From positions 2,272,001-2,336,000 of the forward strand of contig JASGJH010000001.1 of the NCBI GenBank assembly GCA_047601445.1: a stretch of 64,000 nucleotides of DNA. Reading direction: 5' to 3'. Positions 49,694 to 58,020 of this stretch are shown here, piece by piece (within the stretch, counting starts at the first letter, position 1; each line of letters starts with the position of its first letter). The notes beneath the pieces were generated by a model. That model saw only the letters and a program-made list of their open reading frames with translations, ran no database searches and had not been told where the DNA came from. The DNA is from Myxococcales bacterium (lineage in GTDB: Bacteria; Myxococcota_A; Polyangia; Polyangiales; DASUME01). Made by a program: the position numbers and the translations under genes.

Positions 49694-50485
49694 TCAACCA
49701 CCCGCCCCGGTATAGGCCCTGATAGACCTAAGCCATACCCCCCGCGAGAGTACGAGAAAAAACAGCGCCACGCCCACGGCAATCCCCACTTCCCTCCCGT
49801 GGAGGCGGCCGAGCAACGCCAGAGCAGGATACGTGGTCATCAGGGCCAGCGGAATGACGAAAGTGAAAACGAAGGCGAGCACTCCCCGAAACACGCTGGA
49901 GGGCCAGCGCGCGGCATCGAAGGTGCTCACGATCAAATAGCTGAGGTTGTCGATCTTCACGACGTAGAAAGCCAAGCTCACCACCAAGATCCAGAGCGCA
50001 TACAGGATGGCGAGTGCGCACAGCAGCACCAGACCGGCCAGGCCGAATTCGCGTAGGCCCGGTGCGCCTCGGGTGTGGGCGAGGGCCCAACCCGTCAACG
50101 AGAGACCTGCCGCCACATCCACCACCCGCGCCAGCTCGAGCTTGCTCGTGGAGAGCAGAAACTGAGCATCGACGGGCTTGAGCAGCAGGAAGTCGAGAGT
50201 GCCCTTGCGGATGTGCTCGACCACGTTGCCGAGCGAGGGCTGAATCACGCCCACCAAGACACCTTTGAGGGCCATGAAGAAGCCCACCACGATGAGCGCT
50301 TCGTGGGCCGTCCAGCCCGCCACACCAGGGCGCATGTTGAACAGCACGAGCAGCGGCACCAACGCGATGCCACTCCAGAACAGCGCCATGAACGCCTGCA
50401 CGAAGAAGTCCACGCGGTACTGCAGCGAGAGCAGCACCGCTGCCTTGACCTGGATCTTCAGTAATGTCTGGTAGCGCCTGAGCAC
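49694..50485 (-). CDS. ABC-2 family transporter permease (DUF990-like)
   Basis: LQYRVDFF, GWTAHEAL, IRKGTLDFLLLKPVD, ARWPSSVF and YTGAGG. Confidence 0.9.
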   Translation of the reverse strand: MLRRYQTLLKIQVKAAVLLSLQYRVDFFVQAFMALFWSGIALVPLLVLFNMRPGVAGWTAHEALIVVGFFMALKGVLVGVIQPSLGNVVEHIRKGTLDFLLLKPVDAQFLLSTSKLELARVVDVAAGLSLTGWALAHTRGAPGLREFGLAGLVLLCALAILYALWILVVSLAFYVVKIDNLSYLIVSTFDAARWPSSVFRGVLAFVFTFVIPLALMTTYPALALLGRLHGREVGIAVGVALFFLVLSRGVWLRSIRAYTGAGG

Positions 50486-50487
50486 GC

Positions 50488-51294
50488 TCAGCCTCCGTAG
50501 GCCGCGAAGCTCCGCATGCCCCGCTTCCAGAGGAAGTAGGAGAGCGCGGAAAAGCAGGCGATCCAGAACCACTGCAGCAAGAGGTCGAACAGACACGCGC
50601 GCAGCGTCATCAACCCGAGTAAGGCCTCCACCGGAAAGGCCAACATGGAGCGGAAGGGCAGGCCACGCACCAACTCGGCGATGCCCGGCGGAAAGAATTC
50701 GAGCGGCATCACGTAGCCCGAAAACACCGTGTACAGCCCCAACCACAGATCGAACACGGCGATGGAGCTCTCCCAGAACAGCGAGAGCGTGCCGATGGCC
50801 GCCATCGCGCTGAAGCTCAAGAGGAAGGCCCCCAGCACGGCCACGGGCACCAGGAGCAACTGCCATGGATCATGCGAGAAAGACCCCAGGCCCAGCCACA
50901 GCACGCAGAGCACGGCGATGGGGGTCGCGACGATGAGCCGCATCGGCATGGCGGCCAAATTCTCGGCCAAATAGCTGAGCAGCGGGTGCACGGGGCGCAA
51001 CAGCCGCTTCTGCAGGGTGCCCTGACGCACCTCCATGTTCATTTCCCACACCACCCAGGATCCTGAGAGCAAACGGATCACGAGCGTCGCCATGAAGTAC
51101 GCGCGGAACCCCTGCTCGTCGAAGCGTCCCACCGGAGCCTCGCGCGCAACGGCCGTCCACAACGACAGCATGATGATGGGCATGGTGTACGCGAGCACCC
51201 AGACCAGAAACTCCGCGCGATAGGCCACCGCGTCGGCGAAGCCCACCTTGAGCATGGTGGGAAAGGCGCGCGCGGTGTGCAGCCACTGCTTCAT
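50488..51294 (-). CDS. ABC-2 family transporter permease (DUF990-like)
   Basis: AYRAEF, EVRQGTLQKRLLRPV, FSGYVMPLEFFP and LPFRS. ATGA overlap with the upstream ATPase. Confidence 0.9.
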   Translation of the reverse strand: MKQWLHTARAFPTMLKVGFADAVAYRAEFLVWVLAYTMPIIMLSLWTAVAREAPVGRFDEQGFRAYFMATLVIRLLSGSWVVWEMNMEVRQGTLQKRLLRPVHPLLSYLAENLAAMPMRLIVATPIAVLCVLWLGLGSFSHDPWQLLLVPVAVLGAFLLSFSAMAAIGTLSLFWESSIAVFDLWLGLYTVFSGYVMPLEFFPPGIAELVRGLPFRSMLAFPVEALLGLMTLRACLFDLLLQWFWIACFSALSYFLWKRGMRSFAAYGG

Positions 51295-52268
51295 GACTGC
51301 CCTTGTTCGAACAAGTCGGAGAGCACCTCTTCGAGTGGCGGGTCCTCCACCGTCAGGTCGACCACGGGTAAGCGAGCGAGCAGCGCGGAGATGCACGCGG
51401 AGAGCTCCGCCTGCGCCACCTGCAGACGCACCTCACGCCCCTCCTGGCTCACCACGCGCGCCCCGCAGCCTCCGAGATCGACCGCAGAGACGTCAGCCGA
51501 AAGCTTCAAACTGACCCGCTTCTCGGGGTGCAGCTTGTGGACCAGATCCGTAAGCGGTCCGTCCCACACGATGTGTCCCTGGTCGATCACGATGATGCGC
51601 GGGCACAGCGCGGCCACGTCCTCCATGTAGTGGCTCGTGAGGATGACCGTGGCGCCGTGCTGCTCGTTGTAGCGACGGATGAACTCGCGCACGTTGCTCT
51701 GCATGGTGACGTCGAGGCCGATCGTGGGCTCGTCCAGGAACAACACCTTGGGTCGATGCAGGAGCGCGGCACAGAGCTCGCACTTCATGCGCTCGCCCAG
51801 GGACATCTGGCGCACGGGCTTGCCCAGCAGGGGCTCCAACTTCAACAGGTGCACGAGCTCGTCGAGGGTCTGCTGGTAGGCCGCGCGCGGAACGCCGTAA
51901 ATGGCGCGGTTCAAATCGAAAGTCTCCGAGGGCGGCAAGTCCCACAGGAGCTGCTGCTTCTGCCCTGCCACCAGCATGATCGAACGCAAGAAGTCCGGAT
52001 TCCGCTCGAATGGCACGTGTCCCGCCACGAGCGCGCGCCCTGCGCTCGGAAAAAGCAGCCCGGACAGCATCTTGAGGGTGGTCGTCTTGCCTGCCCCGTT
52101 GGGCCCCAGAAAGCCCACCCGCTCGCCTGCGGCGATGCGGAACGAGACGCCGTCGACCGCTTTCACGGTGCGCTTGGGCCGCGTGATCAAGGAGCGCGCT
52201 GCTGCCCACACACCGGGAGGCCGCTCATGGACACGATAGAACTTGCTGAGCCCGTCGACCTCGATCAC
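51291..52268 (-). CDS. ABC transporter ATP-binding protein
   Basis: Walker A GPNGAGKTT, signature MSLGERM, LFLDEPTIGLD and TSH. Confidence 0.95.
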   Translation of the reverse strand: MIEVDGLSKFYRVHERPPGVWAAARSLITRPKRTVKAVDGVSFRIAAGERVGFLGPNGAGKTTTLKMLSGLLFPSAGRALVAGHVPFERNPDFLRSIMLVAGQKQQLLWDLPPSETFDLNRAIYGVPRAAYQQTLDELVHLLKLEPLLGKPVRQMSLGERMKCELCAALLHRPKVLFLDEPTIGLDVTMQSNVREFIRRYNEQHGATVILTSHYMEDVAALCPRIIVIDQGHIVWDGPLTDLVHKLHPEKRVSLKLSADVSAVDLGGCGARVVSQEGREVRLQVAQAELSACISALLARLPVVDLTVEDPPLEEVLSDLFEQGQS

Positions 52269-52306
52269 GGCCTCGGTTCTAACCGAGGGGGGCCGAGCGG
52301 TCGATG

Positions 52307-53464
52307 CTAGTGAGAGCGCGGCTGCATGGGCGGCGGCTCGCTGATGGCCGAAGGCCGCTGTTGCTTCGCGAGCAGAGCCTCCAGCATCAAGCGGTGAATT
52401 CGGGTCCAGGTGCCGTCCCAGGAAGCCTGGGCCAGGAACGCGTCGCGCTGATGGGGACCGCAGGGGTCATCCTCTCCCTTGAGAACCGCGGCGATCTGGC
52501 CGGCGAATTCCTCGGCGTGGTCTGCGGTGCGCAGGAGTCCGAGCTCTCCGAACGGAGTGACCAGATCGGGTAGCGCCCGCGCGACCACCGATTTGCCCGC
52601 AGCCAGGTACTGGAGCGCCAAGCGAGGGGTCACGGTGCGCCCGGCGGCCAACTCGGACAGCGGCAACATGGCGACATCCCAATCGGCCAGATAGGTCGGC
52701 ACGTCCTCCAGGCGTTTGAAGCCCAGGTAGTGGACGTTGGCATGGTTCGGCAGCAGCGCCTCACAGGCTGGATCGAGATCGCCGAGCAAGACGAAATTCC
52801 ATTTCGGCCGCAGGGTGGCTAGCTCGGCCAACAGATCGAAGTCGACGCGCTCGTCGATGCGCCCCACGTAACCGATGCGTGGGCCCGGGATGGCCGCCTG
52901 GTCACCGGGCACCTCACTGGCGGTGCGCGCCTGCCCGAAAAACTCGAGGTCGATGCTGCTCGGCACCTCGTGCACGTTGCCGTGCTGGCTCGCCTTCGCC
53001 TCGTAGAGGGCATGGTTTCCGACCAACAGCAGGTCGGATTGGCGCACTAGCTCGCGCTCCCAGGCGAGCAGGCCCGGGATCGCCGTCTCGTGTTGATCGG
53101 TGAGGTTGTGACTGCAGTCGTAGACGGTGAGGCTGCGATGGAGCCCCTCGGTGACCGGCACAGCCGCCGGCGTGTAGAACCACAGGATGGGTCGGTCGAT
53201 GCGGTGCTCGGCCCGTAGGAGCGCCAGCTGGCCGCGCCAGAGCGCATGCAGCTCGTCCTCGCTGTAGCCGGCGGCGAGATGGGGCACCACGCGCCACAGG
53301 TTCGGGGCGAGCTTGGTGACCTCCGCGTAGGTGGCGTCGATCACCGGCTCCTCGATGAAGAACACGCGGTGATGCCGCGCGCAGCGCAACATCAGGTGGT
53401 TCGGGCGGTCGTGCGCCTCGGACCAACGGAGGTGCGAGAAACACAGCACGGTCGGCAGCGTCAT
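52307..53464 (-). CDS. GT-B glycosyltransferase (GT4-like; family often linked to UDP-galactopyranose mutase)
   Basis: LCFSHLRW, RVFFIEEP, LWFYTP, PRIGYVGRIDERVD and YLADWDVAMLP. Confidence 0.85.
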   Translation of the reverse strand: MTLPTVLCFSHLRWSEAHDRPNHLMLRCARHHRVFFIEEPVIDATYAEVTKLAPNLWRVVPHLAAGYSEDELHALWRGQLALLRAEHRIDRPILWFYTPAAVPVTEGLHRSLTVYDCSHNLTDQHETAIPGLLAWERELVRQSDLLLVGNHALYEAKASQHGNVHEVPSSIDLEFFGQARTASEVPGDQAAIPGPRIGYVGRIDERVDFDLLAELATLRPKWNFVLLGDLDPACEALLPNHANVHYLGFKRLEDVPTYLADWDVAMLPLSELAAGRTVTPRLALQYLAAGKSVVARALPDLVTPFGELGLLRTADHAEEFAGQIAAVLKGEDDPCGPHQRDAFLAQASWDGTWTRIHRLMLEALLAKQQRPSAISEPPPMQPRSH

Positions 53465-53488
53465 GGGGCCCTCTCGGGCGTTCCTGAC

Positions 53489-53503
53489 GCAACTTGGATG
53501 CCA
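53489..53503 (-). promoter_or_regulatory. Putative sigma54 (-24/-12) promoter for the glycosyltransferase run
   Basis: Minus strand TGGCATCCAAGTTGC has GG-N10-GC spacing and ends 24 nt upstream of ATG 53464. Confidence 0.6.
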
Positions 53504-53726
53504 CTGGTCACACTGCGAGTCAGCCCGCGAGGGCACGCGGGCGCCCAGGGTCGAGCGAGCGGGTGGCACCCGAAGGCCTGTTTTCGCACGGGTCGAGCGG
53601 GCTTCACCGCCGTCCTGCGAGGCGGGCGTGCCGACGCAGCCCAGCACGCTTAAACGCGAACGCCGCGCTCACCATTGTGGGCGCGGCGTTCGTGGATGCG
53701 CGGAGGAAGCCCCGCAGCTCAGGAGA

Positions 53727-54443
53727 TCACTTGCAGGGCTGTGCGCAGAGGCCCATGCCCTGGAGGTTGAGGCAGCTTCCGCTGAGGCCCATCGTGGAGC
53801 AGGCCGTGCCGTTGGTGGTGCAGGTGGAGTCGGTCGGGGGCAGCGCGGTGAAGCCGGTGTCCATCACGCAGAGGTTCGTGTTGAAGATGGGGCCGGTGAG
53901 GATGGTGGAGGGGGGCGCGCACTTGAAGCCGCCGCTGGTCGGGCAAGCCTTGGCCTCGACGCCGCCGTCGCCGCCCAGGTTCGGGATGCCGCCGTCGCCG
54001 CCGAGCAGGTCGCCGATGGGGCCGCACTTGCCGGTGGGCTTGCCGCTCTCGCACTTCTGGTAGCCGCCCTTGCACTGGGCGACTTCGAGGCCCTGCACGG
54101 TCACACAGACGCCGTTCAGCGCGCCGCTGTCGCGGTCGAGGAACTCGGACTGGGGCTTGCACTTACCGGTGGGCTCACCGTTTTCGCAGAGCTGGAAGCC
54201 GTCGTCGCCATCGCTGGTGGTGCACTGCTTGCCCATGATGCTGGTTCCGGGAAGCGTCTGGCACGCGGCACTGTCGCCATCGCCGTCGCCATCACCGTCG
54301 CCATCACCGTCGCCATCGCCGTCACCGTCGCCAGGAGTCGGCGCCGGAGCGGGAGCCGGGTCGTCGCCACAGGCGATGATGCCGCCACCAAGGAGACCAA
54401 GGGCAAGGATGGACAGCTGAATCTTACTAAGGACCGAGCGCAT
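53727..54443 (-). CDS. Cys-rich lipoprotein with (GD)n linker
   Basis: Lipobox IIAC, PAPAPAPTP(GD)n and 16 further Cys. Internal repeat GFQLCENGEPTGKC/GYQKCESGKPTGKC. Confidence 0.8.
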   Translation of the reverse strand: MRSVLSKIQLSILALGLLGGGIIACGDDPAPAPAPTPGDGDGDGDGDGDGDGDGDGDSAACQTLPGTSIMGKQCTTSDGDDGFQLCENGEPTGKCKPQSEFLDRDSGALNGVCVTVQGLEVAQCKGGYQKCESGKPTGKCGPIGDLLGGDGGIPNLGGDGGVEAKACPTSGGFKCAPPSTILTGPIFNTNLCVMDTGFTALPPTDSTCTTNGTACSTMGLSGSCLNLQGMGLCAQPCK

Positions 54444-54763
54444 GTTTGACTCCGAGTTGTCGAACGCCCGAGGCACTTGCGGCGGCAGGTGCAGGCGGGT
54501 CGCTCGCGGACGTTGCTGGTGGGACGGACTACCCTCAGGGGTGAGTACGGACCGAGCGGAGGCTATAGCTGTCTCCACTGAGCTCCAATGACTTCAAGCG
54601 GTGAAGCATTGACCCTGTAGCCCCTTGTGAGGGCACGCCTCAGAATCTGACCCGGTCTGTACCTTGGCCCACCCGCATCGGCTGTAGATATCCGACAGGC
54701 CTAGAAAATGCGGGGACACAGCCACGGTCTCCGTGCCGGCTGCGGGCCTCGGTGCCGGCCCGC

Positions 54764-56230
54764 TCACTTCCTCTTGAGCAGGTCGGCGAGGGTGCCTAGC
54801 TTGCCGGCGCTGGCCGACTGGGCCCGGAAGCCGTCGAAGTCGGCGCGTTCTTCGTCGTCCTTGATGGCGCGCAGGGACAGCTTGAGCTTGCCCTCGCCGG
54901 TCTCCAGCACCTTGGCCGTGAGCTTGGTGCCCAGCGGGAAGAGCTTGCGCGTGTCCGAACCGCGCGGCGTGCCGAGTTCGGCGTTCGGAATCAGGCCGCG
55001 CCCTACCCGACCGCGAGTGCCGTCGACTTGGAGGAACAGGCCGTAGGGCTCGATGCGATCGACCGCGCCCTGGACGATGGCGCCCACGGCGAGACTGGGT
55101 CCGCGTGCCTCGGCGCCCACCTCGAGCCCTTCGGGCGCGGGGGCCAGCGAGATCTTGCGAGCGCCGGCGTCGACGCTGCGCACCACCACGGTCATCGCGT
55201 CGCCCACCTTGAGCGCGTCGGAGGGATGCGCGACCTTGCCGCCCAGCTCGGACACGTGCAGCAGCCCCTCGATGCCGGGCGCGATGCGCAGGAAGGCCCC
55301 GAAGTCGGCCAGACGCGTGACGCTGGCGCGCACCACCTTACCCACCGGAGCCAGGCTCTGGACGCTCTCCCACGGATCGGCGCTCAGGGCCTTCAATGAG
55401 AGCGTGATCTTGGTGGTCTTCTCGCCTCGCTTGTCGACGCCGTCCTTGATTTCGCGGACCTGCACCTCGACCGCGTCGCCCGCGGCCAGGAGCCCCTCGG
55501 CGCGCGCGGCGCGGTCATGGGACATCTCGGCGTTGGGGATCAAGCCCTCGACGCCGCCGAGGTCCACGAACGCGCCGAACTCGCGGATGGCCGTGACGCT
55601 GCCACGCAGCACCGCACCCACCGTGATCTTGGCCAACGTCTCGGCCGAACGTGCGCGGGACTCTTGCTCGAGCGCCGCGCGCCGCGACAGCACGACCCGC
55701 TTGCCGTTGTCGCGGAGTTCCGTGACGACGAACGACAGTGTGCGCCCGACCAGCTCCTGCGGGTTCTGCACGAAGCCGCGATCGGCCTGCGAGATCGGGC
55801 AAAAGGCGCGTACCCCCGCCACCTCCACCTCGAGCCCGCCCTTGTTCACGCCGCTGACCTTGCCCTCGACCGGCACACGCGCGGCGTGGGCGCTCTCGAG
55901 CTCCGCGAGCCCTTGCGGGCGGCCCATGGTGCGGCCCAGGCGAACCTCGCCGTTTTGAACCGCGACGACCACGGCCTCCACCACGTCGCCGACCTTGAGC
56001 GAGGTCTGGCCGTCCGCGTCCTTGATGTCTTGCATGTCGAGGAAGGCGCTCACGCGCTTGCCCGCGCCGGTTTGCGCCAGCTCCACGAACACGGCGTCCT
56101 TGCCTACCTGCACGACCTCCGCTCGGACCCGATCGCCGAGCGCCGGCAGGCGGCTCTTCTGGGGCTTCTGTCCGCGCGTCTCGGCTTCGAAAAGGGACGC
56201 AAAACTCTCGCTGTTTTTCTCGCTGCTCAT
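54764..56230 (-). CDS. S1 RNA-binding domain protein (ribosomal protein S1-like, five S1 repeats)
   Basis: ESFASLF, VNKGGLEVEVAGVRAFCPISQ, FGAFVDLGGVEGLI, FGAFLRIAPGIEGLLHVSEL and C-terminal GTLADLL. Confidence 0.88.
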   Translation of the reverse strand: MSSEKNSESFASLFEAETRGQKPQKSRLPALGDRVRAEVVQVGKDAVFVELAQTGAGKRVSAFLDMQDIKDADGQTSLKVGDVVEAVVVAVQNGEVRLGRTMGRPQGLAELESAHAARVPVEGKVSGVNKGGLEVEVAGVRAFCPISQADRGFVQNPQELVGRTLSFVVTELRDNGKRVVLSRRAALEQESRARSAETLAKITVGAVLRGSVTAIREFGAFVDLGGVEGLIPNAEMSHDRAARAEGLLAAGDAVEVQVREIKDGVDKRGEKTTKITLSLKALSADPWESVQSLAPVGKVVRASVTRLADFGAFLRIAPGIEGLLHVSELGGKVAHPSDALKVGDAMTVVVRSVDAGARKISLAPAPEGLEVGAEARGPSLAVGAIVQGAVDRIEPYGLFLQVDGTRGRVGRGLIPNAELGTPRGSDTRKLFPLGTKLTAKVLETGEGKLKLSLRAIKDDEERADFDGFRAQSASAGKLGTLADLLKRK

Positions 56231-56290
56231 GCTACTGGCCGCCCGGTTTAGCGGACTGCCCGCAACCGGCAATCCGACGCGATCGTCCGC

Positions 56291-57079
56291 TTACTCGCCC
56301 GCCATCGGCAGCTTGCTGTCGGCCGGGGTAGCCAGCTCGAGCACCCGGTAGGGCGGGCGGTCCGCGAAACTGCGTCGGAGCAGCGGCATGGCCACGTTGT
56401 AAACGGGCTGATCCCGGCTGGTCCTGGCCTCGAGCTGACCGCGGTGGGCGTGCCCATGAAAGACGGCACTCAGCGGGTACCGCAGCAAGGGCTCCTCCAG
56501 ACGGCTGCAGCCGAGGAACGGGAAAATCTCGAGCGGCTCCCCCTCGATGGTCCCACGCACCGGCGCGTAGTGCAGCAAGACCACGCGGTGCTCCGTGCGC
56601 AGGCGTGCGAGGCCCGACTCGAGCTTGAGCGACTCTTCGATGGCGTAGTCCACGAACCGCTTGATCTCGGGCTCGCCCCAGTGCCCCAGCGTGTGCGAGC
56701 CGAAGCCGCCGCAGAACCCCTTCACGCCCGTGAACCCGACACCCATCACTTCCACCGAGTCCCCCGAAAGCATGGTGACGCCGGCCCCCTTGAGCACGCG
56801 CGCCACCTCGTCGGCCTTGCCGGACTCGCAGTCGTGGTTTCCGAGCACGCCGAGCATGGGCACACGGACGGCGCTGAGCTCGCGCGCCAGCACCTCGGCC
56901 TCTTCGAGGGTGCCGTAGTCGGTGAGGTCGCCGCAGAGCAGCAACACGTCGGCTCGCTCGTTCACGCTGCTGAGCCACGGGGCAAACTGCCCCACCGAGT
57001 CCTTCTTGCAGTGGAGGTCCCCGACCGCCGCCAAACGGACCACTTGCTTCTTCTCGGTTACCGCGCGTTTTGCTCCCAT
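56291..57079 (-). CDS. Calcineurin-like metallophosphoesterase
   Basis: AAVGDLH, CGDLTD, LGNHD, LLHY and FHGHAH. Confidence 0.92.
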   Translation of the reverse strand: MGAKRAVTEKKQVVRLAAVGDLHCKKDSVGQFAPWLSSVNERADVLLLCGDLTDYGTLEEAEVLARELSAVRVPMLGVLGNHDCESGKADEVARVLKGAGVTMLSGDSVEVMGVGFTGVKGFCGGFGSHTLGHWGEPEIKRFVDYAIEESLKLESGLARLRTEHRVVLLHYAPVRGTIEGEPLEIFPFLGCSRLEEPLLRYPLSAVFHGHAHRGQLEARTSRDQPVYNVAMPLLRRSFADRPPYRVLELATPADSKLPMAGE

Positions 57080-57117
57080 GGGTGGCTCGCTCTCGCTGAT
57101 GTTCCCGAGCCAGAAGG

Positions 57118-57131
57118 GCAAGGAACATGCC
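57118..57131 (-). promoter_or_regulatory. Putative sigma54 promoter for the metallophosphoesterase
   Basis: Minus strand GGCATGTTCCTTGC (GG-N10-GC). Confidence 0.55.
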
Positions 57132-57135
57132 CCAA

Positions 57136-57149
57136 GGCATGGGTTTTGC
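57136..57149 (+). promoter_or_regulatory. Putative sigma54 promoter for the nucleotidyltransferase
   Basis: Plus strand GGCATGGGTTTTGC (GG-N10-GC). Confidence 0.55.
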
Positions 57150-57163
57150 TGCTTTCGCAAGAC

Positions 57164-58009
57164 GTGCTCGACGCCAAAACTCGCGCCTTTTATCGACACA
57201 TCCTCTCCGAGCTGCGGCACGAAGGCATTCCGTTCGCTATCGGTGGAGCGTACGGATTGCGCTTTCATACGGGCATCGTGCGTCAGACCAAGGATCTCGA
57301 TCTCTTTCTGCGGCGACAGGATCTGGAGCGCGCGCTCAACCTGCTCAGCGCAGCGGGCTATCGCACCGAGGTCACGCATTCGCACTGGCTGGGCAAGGTC
57401 TACGCGGGACACGACTTCATCGACATCATCTTCAGCTCGGGCAATGGCGTAGCCGTGGTGGACGACGCGCTATTCGAGCATGCGACGAAGGGCCTGTTGC
57501 TCGGCGTGCCCGTGCTCTGGTGCCCGGTGGAAGAGATGATCTGGAGCAAGGCCTACGTGATGGAGCGGGAGCGCTACGACGGAGCAGACGTCGCGCATTT
57601 GTTCCACGTGTGCGGGACGCGGATCGATTGGCCGCGCCTGCTGGCGCGCTTCGGCAGTCACTGGCGCCTCTTGTTCGCTCACCTGGTGTTGTTCGGCTTC
57701 ATCTATCCGGCGGATCAACACAGCATCCCGGCCTGGGTGCAGCTCGAGTTGATGCAGCGTCTGCAGAGCGAGATCCACGCGGCCCAACGCGGCGACGCCG
57801 TGTGCGCGGGCACGCTGCTCTCGCGCGAGCAATTCCTGATCGACGTGGAGGACTGGGGCTACGTGGACGGCAGGCTCGCACACGGCGCCATGAGCGAGAG
57901 TGAAATCGCGCACTGGACCTCGGCCATCGAACACCCCAGGCAGAGCGTGGAACCCCGATCCACTCCGCGCACGGCGCGCGTGCCGATTCGGCGCACGACA
58001 CGCGACTAG
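57164..58009 (+). CDS. Pol-beta-superfamily nucleotidyltransferase, uncharacterised (start GTG 57164 or TTG 57146)
   Basis: PFAIGGAYG...RQTKDLDLF (GG + DxD), WLGKV, IDIIFSSGNG and KAYVMERERYDGADV. Confidence 0.85.
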   Translation: MLDAKTRAFYRHILSELRHEGIPFAIGGAYGLRFHTGIVRQTKDLDLFLRRQDLERALNLLSAAGYRTEVTHSHWLGKVYAGHDFIDIIFSSGNGVAVVDDALFEHATKGLLLGVPVLWCPVEEMIWSKAYVMERERYDGADVAHLFHVCGTRIDWPRLLARFGSHWRLLFAHLVLFGFIYPADQHSIPAWVQLELMQRLQSEIHAAQRGDAVCAGTLLSREQFLIDVEDWGYVDGRLAHGAMSESEIAHWTSAIEHPRQSVEPRSTPRTARVPIRRTTRD

Positions 58010-58020
58010 CGTGGTGGGTC

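Noticed and set aside
56444..57145. N-terminal ~235 aa of the 521-aa ORF as part of the nucleotidyltransferase
   Set aside because: It overlaps the metallophosphoesterase antisense; NTase-like sequence begins only after ~57146.
57127..57903. ATG 57127 ORF with an apparent AAGGA RBS
   Set aside because: It is out of frame with the NTase motifs and gives an Arg-rich product; the sequence is better explained as the paired promoter elements.
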